From NCBI GenBank assembly GCA_963795085.1, contig CAWCFX010000001.1:448001-512000 (forward strand): a DNA stretch of 64,000 nucleotides, in the 5' to 3' direction. The notes beneath the pieces were generated by a model. It did no database searches. It worked only from the letters and a program-made list of their open reading frames with translations, and was not told the origin of the DNA. Both the position numbers and the translations under genes were made by a program. This document shows positions 28,363 to 38,058 of the stretch, piece by piece (position 1 is the first letter of the stretch; each line of letters begins with the position of its first letter). The stretch comes from an uncultured Gemmatimonadales bacterium (GTDB lineage: Bacteria > Gemmatimonadota > Gemmatimonadetes > Gemmatimonadales > GWC2-71-9).

Positions 28363-29520
28363 CTACGGCACCACCGTAAACATCGCCGATTGGAGCTGGA
28401 CTGTAGGGTACCCGGCGAGCGATGCGGTGGCGAGGAGGGCATAAGTACCCGGCGCGCTGACTCGCAGGCTGGGAAAGGTCTCGAAGCCGCTGGTCCCGGT
28501 GGACTTGGTCGTGCCGCCCGAGAGATTGCCGGTCCCGCTGATCTGGATCAGCGTGATGGTGAGCGCGACCTCGGGGAGGGGGGTGCCGCCGGCCCCTTGG
28601 GCAAACAGCCGGACTCCGGGCGTCATCGGCATGCCCGCCTGGACCGTCGAAGGCTGGCCCGCGTAGCTCAGGTTGATGCCAAGGGCGTCCACCGGCCCGA
28701 AGTCGCTGAAGCCGGTAGCGGAACCCCCGACCGGGCCCGCGGCGTTGATCCCTGGCTGCCGGGCCGCCGCGATGTTGGGACAGGTGAGGAAGAAGCTCGG
28801 GTCGCGGAGCGCCAGGATGGTGTGGACGCTGCCACCGAGGACGCGTTCCAGGCGGAGTTGCCCGGGGTTCTCGACACAAAGGCCCATGATGGCCCCGTGG
28901 TTGATCGCGGGGAGGGCCGGCAGGCTCGACCACTGGTAGGCGATATCTACCACGCTCTCGTTGAAGATCGCACCGGCCACTGGGGCGCCATGGATGAGGG
29001 CGCGCTGGCCCAGCACGTTGGGCCAGGTAGTCTCCGACAGGACGCCGATCCCCGCATACTGGTCTCGGGAGAGGATCGGTCCGGCCGGGTCTGCGGGGCC
29101 GCCCCGCACGGCGAAGCCGCCGGCGGTCAGGGCCGCCCGGAAGTCGATCGGCAGGACGATGGTGCCGACGTTCATGCAGGCCAGCGTCGCGCTGGCCAGC
29201 GTGGAGCCATCCTGCGGGGTTCCGGCCGGCCCCTGGTTGGCGGCAGCTTCGATCAGGGCCAGGATGTCGAAGCCCTTATCCGTGGCGGCGGCGCTGCCCG
29301 CCTTGACCAGGCTGTCGAGTTCGGCTACGAGAATTCTCGCCGTGGCGTGCTGGGAGGCCGGGAGGTAGCGCCGGGCCAGGTCAGAAAGGCGGAAGGCCTG
29401 GCACTGGGCCTGGGTTGTGGCCGCGCTCAGGGGGCCGGTAGGCTCCTGGCCCGGCCGGTCGGAACAGGCCAGCGCTCCAAGGGCCAGCACCATGGTGATA
29501 GATGTTCTGATCTGCCGCAT
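28363..29520 (-). CDS. Hypothetical lipoprotein with probable C-terminal Ig-like domain
   Basis: Lipobox ALAC-SD; C-terminal QPSTV.AG, G.LSG.T...T...G...F..L.V..PGTY.L pattern; 12 nt downstream of the kinase. Confidence 0.7.
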   Translation of the reverse strand: MRQIRTSITMVLALGALACSDRPGQEPTGPLSAATTQAQCQAFRLSDLARRYLPASQHATARILVAELDSLVKAGSAAATDKGFDILALIEAAANQGPAGTPQDGSTLASATLACMNVGTIVLPIDFRAALTAGGFAVRGGPADPAGPILSRDQYAGIGVLSETTWPNVLGQRALIHGAPVAGAIFNESVVDIAYQWSSLPALPAINHGAIMGLCVENPGQLRLERVLGGSVHTILALRDPSFFLTCPNIAAARQPGINAAGPVGGSATGFSDFGPVDALGINLSYAGQPSTVQAGMPMTPGVRLFAQGAGGTPLPEVALTITLIQISGTGNLSGGTTKSTGTSGFETFPSLRVSAPGTYALLATASLAGYPTVQLQSAMFTVVP

Positions 29521-29532
29521 TTTGAACTCCTG

Positions 29533-32046
29533 TCAGTTGCCGCTGCCAATCATGGATCGGTAGCGAGGATCGGTCCGGAGGTCCCTGAAATACCACGAGT
29601 CGTCCCGTGCCAGCGACGCTCGCATCTGGGGATTGGTGGCGAGGTATACGCTGAGCAAGCGGATCGCCTGGTCCCGGTCGTTCAGCATAGTTTGCACGAT
29701 TGCCTCGTAAAGCGATAGATCCCGGGTTTCGTCCACCGCGGTGCCCGTCCGGGCACCCAGCGCAACCCGGCGGGCGCTGTCGGCGAGGCCGGCGCGGGCC
29801 AGCCCCATCGCGAGAATCATGGTGCCCCGCCGGGTGGCCAGGTCGCGACGAGTTGCCGGGGTGAGCTCCTGGAATCGCCGGAGGGTCTCCCAGGTACCCG
29901 GAATGCCCGCCCGGGTTCCGGATAGTGCCGCCAGCCAGAGTTTGCACTCCGTAAACCGCGGGTCGGTGGGAAACCGGCGAAATCCCTCCTCGCACCAATG
30001 GGTGCTTTCCACCCGGTCTTCCAGGTCCAGCGAGCTCTGGAACAGGCGCCATATGGTGGCATCGGCCGTGGTCAGGAAAGGATCGGCTTCATAGGCCTTG
30101 AGCGCGGCCAGCTTGCCGAGCGCGTTCTCCGAGGCCCCCATGCGCAGGTGGCTCAGCGTGCTCCATGCACTGGCTTGCTGTGGATTGGCGGTGACCGCCG
30201 CCTCAAGGTCGCGCTGGGCGCCCTGGTGAAGCTGGGCAGCCCGGGCCTGGTTCGGCTCCAGGTTGAGGAGCCAGGTCAGGTAGCCCGCGGTGCCGCGCAA
30301 CTCCAGGGCATCGGCATCGTCCCCACGGAGCACCAGGCCCTGCTCCGCGTGCCCGGTCGCCTCTGCCAGCCAGCGGGGCATGTCCTCGCGTTTGACGCCG
30401 GGCAGCCGCGCCTGGCGGTAGGCGATCCAGCCCCGCCGCACCACCGGGCGGCTCCAGTCGTCGTCCAGGTCCGCTGCCCGGGCGGCCAGCGCATCCGCCT
30501 CGGCAAGCTTGGCGCTGGCGGCCGCGATATCGCCGGCACCCTGGAGGACGGTCGCATCGTCTTCCAGTTCCTGCGCCCGCTGGAGCGTCTCCCACGCCTG
30601 GGCGTTGCCGGTCTCGCCTCGCCGCTGGCTCAGCTGGATCTCCTTCCCCAGCCGGCGCCGGAGAAAGGTGCTGACCTGCTCGGTGATGTCCCCCTGGAGA
30701 TCGAGGACCTCGGTCCGGGGCCGCTCCAGCCGGGTGCTGGCGATCTCGTCGCCGGAAATCGCGTTGATCAGCGAGACGGTCACCCGGACCATCTCGCCCC
30801 GGGCCTCCACCGTGCCATCCACCAGGGTTCCCACATTGAGCGCCCGGGCGATGCTGTCGGGGGATACCGGCTGGTCCCGGTAGGGCTGGACGCCGTTCCG
30901 GGAAATGACCTTGAGCGCGGGGATGGCGCTCAGATCATGGATCAGCGCATCGGTGAACCCATCAGCCACGTGGCGCAGTTCGCCCCCGGAGCGGTCGTCG
31001 AAATAGAGCACCGCCACCCGGGAGGCCCCGGCGTCCGCGGCGGCCCCGGCGGCGTTCCCTTTCCGGGCGACCAGCACCCATCCTCCAATCAACACTAGCG
31101 GAATCCCGGCGGCGACGACCCACCTGTATTTCTTCCAGGAACTGCCCCGCGCCGCCGCGAACCGGCCGGTCCGCCCGGTGCGGACCCGGGAGAGGCGCGG
31201 ACTGGAGATTTCCATCGTACTGCCGCTCAAAGCCCGGGAGAACTGCGACGCCGTCGGGAAGCGGTCGGCGGGGACCTTCTCCATGGCCCGGAGAATGGCG
31301 TCCTCCAGGTCGTCCGGGATACTCTGGCGCATGATCTGGAGGCTGGGCACCTGCTCCATCGAATGCTGCGCCATGATGGACCGTGCGGAGGGGCCGGTGA
31401 AAGGTGGCCGTCCGGAGAGCATCTCGTAGAGTACGCAGGCAAGGCTGTAGATGTCGCTGCGGCCATCCACCGCCGAATCGCCCACCGCCTGCTCCGGGCT
31501 CATGTAGGCCGGGGTGCCGATCGCCATGCCGGTCTGGGTCAGCTTCTCGCCGGCCTCGCTCGCGGCCCGGGCAATGCCGAAGTCGGCCACGACCGCGTGG
31601 CCGCCGGAGAGGAGGATGTTCTCGGGCTTGATATCCCGGTGCACCACGCCCCGGCTGTGGGCGAATGCCAGGGCGTCGGCCACTTCCAGGGTGATCCGGA
31701 CCGCCTCCTCGATGGGCAGCTGGGTTTCCCGGTTGAGCTGGTCGCGGAGCGATTCGCCCTCCACGAACGGCATCACGAAATAGAGAAGGCCGCCGACATC
31801 GCCCGAATCATAGACGCCGAGGATGTGGGGGTGCTGCAGGCCGGCGGCGAGCCGGATTTCACGGAGGAAGCGTTCCGACCCCATCGTGGAACTCATGGCG
31901 GGGTCGAGCACCTTGATCGCCACCATCCGGTCATGGCGGAGGTCGCGGGCCAGGTAGACGGTCGCCATCCCCCCTCGCCCCAGTTCCCGTTCGACGAGGT
32001 AGTGCGCGGCCAGCGCGGCGGTGAGTTGCTCGAGTATGTCGGTCAT
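29533..32046 (-). CDS. Membrane Ser/Thr kinase with TolB-N-like and helical (TPR-like) C-terminal region
   Basis: ELGRGGMATVYLA, HRDIKPEN, DFG, GTPAYMSPEQ; TM segment; VAVLYF...ADGFTDALI..LS....LKVISR. Confidence 0.93.
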   Translation of the reverse strand: MTDILEQLTAALAAHYLVERELGRGGMATVYLARDLRHDRMVAIKVLDPAMSSTMGSERFLREIRLAAGLQHPHILGVYDSGDVGGLLYFVMPFVEGESLRDQLNRETQLPIEEAVRITLEVADALAFAHSRGVVHRDIKPENILLSGGHAVVADFGIARAASEAGEKLTQTGMAIGTPAYMSPEQAVGDSAVDGRSDIYSLACVLYEMLSGRPPFTGPSARSIMAQHSMEQVPSLQIMRQSIPDDLEDAILRAMEKVPADRFPTASQFSRALSGSTMEISSPRLSRVRTGRTGRFAAARGSSWKKYRWVVAAGIPLVLIGGWVLVARKGNAAGAAADAGASRVAVLYFDDRSGGELRHVADGFTDALIHDLSAIPALKVISRNGVQPYRDQPVSPDSIARALNVGTLVDGTVEARGEMVRVTVSLINAISGDEIASTRLERPRTEVLDLQGDITEQVSTFLRRRLGKEIQLSQRRGETGNAQAWETLQRAQELEDDATVLQGAGDIAAASAKLAEADALAARAADLDDDWSRPVVRRGWIAYRQARLPGVKREDMPRWLAEATGHAEQGLVLRGDDADALELRGTAGYLTWLLNLEPNQARAAQLHQGAQRDLEAAVTANPQQASAWSTLSHLRMGASENALGKLAALKAYEADPFLTTADATIWRLFQSSLDLEDRVESTHWCEEGFRRFPTDPRFTECKLWLAALSGTRAGIPGTWETLRRFQELTPATRRDLATRRGTMILAMGLARAGLADSARRVALGARTGTAVDETRDLSLYEAIVQTMLNDRDQAIRLLSVYLATNPQMRASLARDDSWYFRDLRTDPRYRSMIGSGN

Positions 32047-32179
32047 GGTTTGGCCCCGGATGCCGGGGTCACTGTGAATTTAACCCGGTTTGTTCCGGGC
32101 TGGTTCGCCGGGTGCGCCGGGGTCGGCCCCGCTCGTCCATCAAACAGTGCGCGCTCACCCTGTTACGAGGATCCTGTCC

Positions 32180-32722
32180 ATGCCGAATCGCATCGCCCGA
32201 CCCGGTTCCCTGCTGCTCGCCGTCCTGGCCACCCTCTCCTGCGGCCCCCGGCCGGGAAGCCCCGCAGGACCGCCGCCGGACCAGCTGGCCGGCCTGGAGG
32301 AAAAGCGGCTGATTGCCGCCCCGGGCGGGTACGGTGTGGAGGGGTTCTCCCCGGCGGTGAAGGTAGGCAAACGGATCTACGTCTCGGGGCAGGTTGGAGT
32401 TGACAGCACCGGAGCGGTAGCCGGAGATCTGCAGGCCCAGGCGCAGCAGGCCCTTCATAATCTCCAGGCCGTGCTGCTGGCCGCCGGCGCGACACCCGAG
32501 GACGTGGTCCAGCTTGACGTCCATGTCGTGGATCCCGGGGCTTCCGACCTTGCCGGCCTGCACACCCAGTTGGGCGGGTTCTTCGCGGCGGGCGGCCTGC
32601 CGGCCGGAAACCTGGTGGGGGTCGCCTCTCTGGCCCGACCCGGCCTCCGGGTCAGCCTGGCGGCGGTGGCCGAGACCCGGGGGCTTTTCCCTGACCGGGA
32701 GGCGCTGCGCCGCTATCGCTGA
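32180..32722 (+). CDS. RidA/YjgF-fold protein with lipoprotein signal peptide
   Basis: LLLAVLATLS-C lipobox; FSPAVKVG..IYVSGQVG, QA.QAL.NL.AVL.AAG....DVV. Confidence 0.8.
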   Translation: MPNRIARPGSLLLAVLATLSCGPRPGSPAGPPPDQLAGLEEKRLIAAPGGYGVEGFSPAVKVGKRIYVSGQVGVDSTGAVAGDLQAQAQQALHNLQAVLLAAGATPEDVVQLDVHVVDPGASDLAGLHTQLGGFFAAGGLPAGNLVGVASLARPGLRVSLAAVAETRGLFPDREALRRYR

Positions 32723-32725
32723 TTG

Positions 32726-32770
32726 TGTCACAGGCGTGTAAAGAGTCCATGCCCGGTATCCCCTGTCACA
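32726..32770 (+). promoter_or_regulatory. Putative Pho box upstream of pstS
   Basis: TGTCAC (32726) and TGTAAA (32737) at 11-nt period, plus CTGTCACA at 32763. Confidence 0.6.
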
Positions 32771-32820
32771 TTAGCATTGCGGGGAAACCGGTAGTCTCCG
32801 ATACCTACACAGGAGCGCAC

Positions 32821-33903
32821 ATGAGGGTCACCAACAGTCTTGCGGCGGCGGGCGTTGTCCTGCTTCTGGCCGGATGCGGCCGGGGCGACGGAGCGCGGGG
32901 ATCGGCGGACTCGTCGGCGTCCGGGAGCGCCACCACCGCGCTCACCGGGGCCGGGGCCACGTTTCCGAATCCGATCTACACCAAGTGGTTCGACGCATAC
33001 TCCCGCAAGACCGGTGTCCGGATCAACTACCAGTCGATAGGGTCCGGCGGCGGGATTCGGCAATTCACCGAAGGCACCGTGGATTTCGGAGCCACCGACA
33101 GCCCCATGAGCGACAGCGCGATTGCCCGGGTCAACGGCAACGTGATTCACGTACCCACGGTGCTGGGTGCGGTGGTGGTGACCTATAACCAGCCCGCCGC
33201 GGGGACCACGGCCCTTCGCTTCGACGGGGCAACGCTGGCCGATATCTTCCTCGGCAAAATCACCAAGTGGAACGATCGCCGGGTGGCGGCGCTCAATCCC
33301 GGGCTGACCCTGCCCAACGCCGACATCATCGTCGTGCACCGGTCGGACGGATCGGGGACCAGCTTCATCTGGACCGAGTACCTGAGCAAGGCCTCGGCCG
33401 AGTGGAAAAGCCGGATCGGGGCGGCCACGTCCGTCAACTGGCCCACCGGGCTGGGCGGCAAGGGAAACGAGGGCGTGACCCAGCAGGTCAAGCAGGTCGA
33501 GGGCACCATCGGGTACGTTGAATTGATCTATGCCCTGTCCAACAACCTGCCGGTGGCCCACCTCCGGAATGCGGCCGGGAACTTCATCGAGCCCAACCTG
33601 GAGAGTACCAGCGCCGCCGCGGCCGGACTGAACCTGGCGGCTGACACCGATTTCCGGGTGTCCGTCACCAATTCAGCCGCAGCCGATGCGTACCCGGCTG
33701 CCTCGTTCACCTGGCTGCTGATCAAGCGGGACAACCCGGATGCAGGGAAGGCCGCGGTGCTCAGGGAGTTTCTCGGCTGGGTGACCAGCGAGGAGGCCCA
33801 GGCCATGGCCCGGGCCCTCCGGTATGCACCCTTGCCCGACGACATGCGGGACTTGGTGCGGACCCGGGTGACGGCCCCAGCGGGCGGTACGCCGGGGTCC
33901 TGA
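32821..33903 (+). CDS. pstS: Phosphate ABC transporter substrate-binding lipoprotein
   Basis: LAGC lipobox, LTGAGATFP, NYQSIGSGGG, DFGATD, HRSDGSGTS, GKGNEGV, IGYVE; AGGAG RBS. Confidence 0.97.
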   Translation: MRVTNSLAAAGVVLLLAGCGRGDGARGSADSSASGSATTALTGAGATFPNPIYTKWFDAYSRKTGVRINYQSIGSGGGIRQFTEGTVDFGATDSPMSDSAIARVNGNVIHVPTVLGAVVVTYNQPAAGTTALRFDGATLADIFLGKITKWNDRRVAALNPGLTLPNADIIVVHRSDGSGTSFIWTEYLSKASAEWKSRIGAATSVNWPTGLGGKGNEGVTQQVKQVEGTIGYVELIYALSNNLPVAHLRNAAGNFIEPNLESTSAAAAGLNLAADTDFRVSVTNSAAADAYPAASFTWLLIKRDNPDAGKAAVLREFLGWVTSEEAQAMARALRYAPLPDDMRDLVRTRVTAPAGGTPGS

Positions 33904-33924
33904 GCCGCGCCGGGCAGGAGACCG

Positions 33925-33963
33925 GCGGCCCCGGATTTTCACGGTCCGGGGCCGCTTCCTTTT
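33925..33963 (+). terminator. Intrinsic terminator after pstS
   Basis: GCGGCCCCGGA-N9-TCCGGGGCCGC followed by TTCCTTTT. Confidence 0.75.
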
Positions 33964-34059
33964 CACCCCCTGAGGGTACACTTTTCCCCCGGCCCGGAAT
34001 CACCCGCCCATGGCAGGCCCGCAGGTTCCAATCCTCCCCCCACGCTCCCGGGAGCACGC

Positions 34060-34917
34060 GTGTCAACGACGATCTGGATTGATGGGAAGTGGTACGACCG
34101 CTCGACCGCGATGATTTCGGTGTTCGACCATGGCCTGCTGTACGGCGATGGCGTATTCGAAGGAACCCGGGCGTATAATGGAAAGGTATTCAAGCTCCGG
34201 GAGCATATCGCCCGGCTTTTTGATTCGGCGAAGTGCATCGGCCTGGCCCCCCCGGTGAGCCAGGAGGAACTGGTCCGGATCACCGAGGAAGGGGTCCGGC
34301 GCTCCGGCCTGAGCGATGCCTACCTCCGCCACCTCCTCACCCGCGGCGTGGGAGACCTGGGGCTGGATCCCCGCAAGTGCCCGGTCCCCACGGTCATCGT
34401 GATCATAGACCAGATCAAGTTGTGGTCGCCGGAACGGTATGAGCAGGGCCTCAACGTGGTCACCGCGGCCACCCCGATCCCCCATAGAGAGTCACTGTCG
34501 CCCCGGGTCAAGTCGCTCAACTATCTGCCCCACATTCTCGCGAAGATGGAGGGCATTACCGCCGGCGCCGACGAGATCCTGATGATGGACAGCGCCGGCA
34601 GCGTGGTCGAGGCTTCGGGTCAGAACCTCTTCATCGTCAAGAACGGCGAACTGTTCACGCCGCCGCCGTGGGCGGGGATCCTCAAGGGCGTGACCAGGGA
34701 TACCGTGATGGACCTGGCCCGCGCCGCCGGGTACCCGGTGCACGAAACCCAGCTCAACCGGTATGACGTCTATACCGCCGACGAGGCGTTCCTCAGCGGG
34801 ACCGCGACCGAGATCGCCGCGATCCGGCAGCTGGATGGCCGCCTTATCGGCGAGGGCCGCCAGGGCCCCATCACCCGGGAGATCTCCCAGAAATTCCAGG
34901 CCTACGTGCGGGACTGA
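34060..34917 (+). CDS. ilvE: Branched-chain amino acid aminotransferase
   Basis: DHGLLYGDGVFEG, AYLR...TRG.G.LGLDP, KSLNY, E.SGQNLF, ILKGVTR, ADEAFL.GTA.E. Confidence 0.95.
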   Translation: MSTTIWIDGKWYDRSTAMISVFDHGLLYGDGVFEGTRAYNGKVFKLREHIARLFDSAKCIGLAPPVSQEELVRITEEGVRRSGLSDAYLRHLLTRGVGDLGLDPRKCPVPTVIVIIDQIKLWSPERYEQGLNVVTAATPIPHRESLSPRVKSLNYLPHILAKMEGITAGADEILMMDSAGSVVEASGQNLFIVKNGELFTPPPWAGILKGVTRDTVMDLARAAGYPVHETQLNRYDVYTADEAFLSGTATEIAAIRQLDGRLIGEGRQGPITREISQKFQAYVRD

Positions 34918-35001
34918 TCGCCAGGCGGCCTTGACCCGGCCGCTCGGGTTTCGGCATATTGGCCCTAGTCCCCCCAAGTTCCCTCAGACTTGGAGACCTC
35001 C

Positions 35002-35241
35002 ATGCCCTGGAGAGTCCTCGCGCACGGCGATACCGTGTGGAATGTCGCCGTTGCCGCCGAGCGAGGTCCTCAGACCTCGTCCTGGCGCCTGGTGCTCTCG
35101 TTTCGTTCCGCCGGGCCCCAGCGGGCCTCCTTCTGGACTCCGTATCCGCTGGTGTCGGCGTCCAAGTCCTCGCTCTTTGCCCAGGCCGACAAGATCTCCA
35201 ATGACAAACTGACCGCCGTTCTGGCCGACCACCTTCGCTAG
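35002..35241 (+). CDS. Small hypothetical protein
   Basis: GGAG RBS, protein-like composition, fills a gene-sized gap. Confidence 0.7.
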   Translation: MPWRVLAHGDTVWNVAVAAERGPQTSSWRLVLSFRSAGPQRASFWTPYPLVSASKSSLFAQADKISNDKLTAVLADHLR

Positions 35242-35258
35242 CTATCCCCGGGAGTGCC

Positions 35259-35513
35259 ATGACCCATACCTCGTTGCAGGACCTTCGTCGTATCGCGGAG
35301 TCCATGACCGCCCTCAAGGGGCGGTCCATTGTCGAAACCTCCATGCGTTCGGATTTTCGCCAGTTGAAACTCGAATTGTCCGATGGCCTGATCGTGGTGA
35401 TCGCGCTGGAGAACGACGATGTCGGAAGACCCCGCCTGGAAGTGGACGTGGTCCGGCGACCGGAGGAGATCAACCGGCAGCAGCTTGAAGTGCGGTTTGA
35501 CGCAGTGTCCTGA
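35259..35513 (+). CDS. Small hypothetical protein
   Basis: GGGAG RBS, 17 nt after the previous ORF, followed by a terminator. Confidence 0.72.
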   Translation: MTHTSLQDLRRIAESMTALKGRSIVETSMRSDFRQLKLELSDGLIVVIALENDDVGRPRLEVDVVRRPEEINRQQLEVRFDAVS

Positions 35514-35532
35514 GGGATACCCGGATGTCGGG

Positions 35533-35568
35533 ACGGGCAGGCTCATTTTGAGCCTGCCCGTTCTTCTT
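35533..35568 (+). terminator. Intrinsic terminator
   Basis: ACGGGCAGGCTCA-ttt-TGAGCCTGCCCGT followed by TCTTCTT. Confidence 0.78.
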
Positions 35569-35743
35569 GCGGCAGAAGACCGCCGGGCGGAGATCTCCCA
35601 GATCCCGGGCGGCCAGTTTCAACCCGAAGTCAGCCAGACACTTAGGCAACTCGCCCTGCCCGGGTCTAAAAGGCATAAGATTCGCACTATTCCTCTACAT
35701 TTTCGTCACCTGCCCAGAGAAAGACCGAGGTCTGAGATCGGTC

Positions 35744-36157
35744 ATGCCGACTCCTGCTATGTCCGACCGCCTGCGATTCAGCGATTTCAACCTGGACCGG
35801 CTCAGCAATGGCCGCTGTCGTGCGTCAGTCACTCTCACCCTTCCCGATGACCGGGAGTTCCGCGGCGAGTCCGATGGGCTCGCCTCCCAGGCCGGGGAGC
35901 TGCGATGCGCGGCCCAGGCCTGCGTCGATGCGCTGGCCCAGTCGGTCGGGGGGAGCGTGAACTTCGAGCTGTTTGGGGTAAAGGCGGTGCGAGCCTTTGA
36001 TTCGACCGTGGTGATCGTGTCCCTCGCGCTGAGCGGCGAATCCGGCGCCCACCGGGTGGTCGGGTGTTGTCTCACGGACGATCCCTGTCGCGGGGCGGCG
36101 CTTTCGGTACTGAATGCGACCAATCGGGTTCTGGGGAATCGTTTCTTCATGAGATGA
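35744..36157 (+). CDS. Hypothetical protein resembling a stand-alone LeuA allosteric (dimerisation) domain
   Basis: ASVTL...F.GE..G, A.A.VDAL, VVIVSL, VG...DDP.RGAALSVLNATNR; resemblance by eye only. Confidence 0.6.
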   Translation: MPTPAMSDRLRFSDFNLDRLSNGRCRASVTLTLPDDREFRGESDGLASQAGELRCAAQACVDALAQSVGGSVNFELFGVKAVRAFDSTVVIVSLALSGESGAHRVVGCCLTDDPCRGAALSVLNATNRVLGNRFFMR

Positions 36158-36297
36158 GCGCCGCCCGAACATCCTCCGAACGCGGTCACCATCACTTTCA
36201 CGGCGCCCAGGCGCCCCGATACTTGAAGCGGGAACTCCAGTGGAGCCGCGGCCCCAGCCGGTCCTCCACCGATGTTTTGCCGGAAAGGAGTGCTTTG

Positions 36298-37977
36298 ATG
36301 AGAACGCTGTCCGCCCTGTTTGCGGTGGCCCTGGTGGGCGCCTGTTCCCGGGGAACGGGAACGCCGCCCTCCGCGTCGCCCAGCCCCTTGGCTCCGCAAC
36401 CCGCTTCCAGCACGCCGGCGGCGACGAACGGGCACACCACGGCCCAGGCCGCACCGGCCGTCCCCCCCGATACGGCGCTTCCGCTGAGCGAAGAGATCGA
36501 AGAAATGCAGTTGGCGGCGGATTCGGCAGCCGATGCGGCGGTACTGGAGGAGCTCGAAAACATCGTGGTCGAAGGCGGAGACAGCACCCTGGGCGACGCC
36601 GAGATCGACGCCGCGGTCACCTGGGATATCGATGTCGCCTCGTTCACCAACCACGACCGGGTGCAATACTTCCTCGACTTCTTTCAGGGCCCGGCCCGGC
36701 CCCGGATGACGATCTGGCTGGAACGGATGAGCCGATACGAGGACATGATCCGCGAGGAGCTGGCGGAGCAGGAACTGCCGGGAGACCTGGTGTACCTCGC
36801 CCTGATCGAGAGCGGGTTCTCCAACACGGCGGTGAGCCGGGCCCGCGCGACGGGCATGTGGCAGTTCATGCGGGGTACCGCCCAGATGTACGGCCTCCGG
36901 ATGGATTCCTGGGTGGACGAGCGTCGAGATCCCTTCAAGGCCACCAACGCAGCGGCCCGCCACCTGCGTGATCTCCGGGACCGGTTCGGGTCCATCTACC
37001 TGGCCGCGGCGGCCTACAATGCCGGCGGGGGCAAGGTGAGCCGGGGGCTGGCCCGCCTTCCCGGGGACGACGACAGTCTCACCTCCGACGCCACCTTTTT
37101 CCGGCTATCCGACACCCGCCACCTGCGGCAGGAAACCCGGGATTACGTTCCCAAGCTCATCGCCGCCGCGCTCATCGCCAAGGAGCCGGAGCGCTACGGC
37201 TTCCCTTCGTTTGACGATGTGGAACCTTTGGACTGGGACTCCCTGGTCGTGACGGGCGCGACCGGCCTTGACGTGGTCGCCCGGCTGGCCGACACCTCGG
37301 TCGCCGCGATCCGGGAGCTGAATTCCCAGTTTCTGCGCCTCTCCACTCCGCCCGGGTCGCGAAGCGTGATTCGCCTTCCTCCTGGAAAGGGTCCGGCGGT
37401 CAGCGTCGCCTATGCTGCCCTCCCGCCCGGCAGGCGGGTGACCTTCCAGGAGCACTACGTTACCCGGGGGCAGACCCTGAGCGGCATCGCCAACGTGTAT
37501 CACGTCAGCGTGGCGGATCTCCGGGACGCCAACCCCGGGATTGGCCGCACCATCAGGACCGGGCAGCGGCTCATCGTTCCCACCGGCGGCGTGGGGCCGG
37601 CCCGCGAAGCCGCTGCCGCCGAGGACCGGAGGGCGGAGATCCGCCGCTCCATCGCGGTGTTGCACACGGTTCGCTCCGGCGAGACCCTCTCGGAGATCGG
37701 GAGCCGCTACCGGGTCTCGGTGACCCAGCTCAAGACCTGGAACGGCCTGCGGGGTACCACGATCCGGGTGGGCCAGCGGCTCCGGGTGGGAACCTCAAGC
37801 GGTTCGACCTCCCGGGTGGCCGCCCGGGGCACTTCCATTCACATCGTGCGCGCCGGTGATACACTCTCCGGGGTGGCCCAGCGCTACGGCGTCTCCCAGT
37901 CCGCGCTCCGCGAAGCCAACGGGATGGGCTCCAGTTCAGTGATCCGGACCGGAACCCGGCTCAAGATTCCCGGCTGA
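36298..37977 (+). CDS. mltD: MltD-like lytic murein transglycosylase lipoprotein with three clear C-terminal LysM domains
   Basis: VGAC lipobox; LALIESG, SRARATGMWQFM, VDERRDP, AAYNAG, ETRDYVPK; LysM repeats V..G.TLS.I; AAAGGAG RBS. Confidence 0.9.
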   Translation: MRTLSALFAVALVGACSRGTGTPPSASPSPLAPQPASSTPAATNGHTTAQAAPAVPPDTALPLSEEIEEMQLAADSAADAAVLEELENIVVEGGDSTLGDAEIDAAVTWDIDVASFTNHDRVQYFLDFFQGPARPRMTIWLERMSRYEDMIREELAEQELPGDLVYLALIESGFSNTAVSRARATGMWQFMRGTAQMYGLRMDSWVDERRDPFKATNAAARHLRDLRDRFGSIYLAAAAYNAGGGKVSRGLARLPGDDDSLTSDATFFRLSDTRHLRQETRDYVPKLIAAALIAKEPERYGFPSFDDVEPLDWDSLVVTGATGLDVVARLADTSVAAIRELNSQFLRLSTPPGSRSVIRLPPGKGPAVSVAYAALPPGRRVTFQEHYVTRGQTLSGIANVYHVSVADLRDANPGIGRTIRTGQRLIVPTGGVGPAREAAAAEDRRAEIRRSIAVLHTVRSGETLSEIGSRYRVSVTQLKTWNGLRGTTIRVGQRLRVGTSSGSTSRVAARGTSIHIVRAGDTLSGVAQRYGVSQSALREANGMGSSSVIRTGTRLKIPG

Positions 37978-37990
37978 GCAGCAGTCTTCG

Positions 37991-38035
37991 GCATGAAAAA
38001 ACGCCCTCGCGGGAAGCGAGGGCGTTTTTTCATGC
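37991..38035. terminator. Bidirectional intrinsic terminator
   Basis: Perfect 20-bp stem GCATGAAAAAACGCCCTCGC-gggaa-GCGAGGGCGTTTTTTCATGC between convergent genes. Confidence 0.93.
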
Positions 38036-38058
38036 TCGACTGCAGGTGGAACGGTAGC

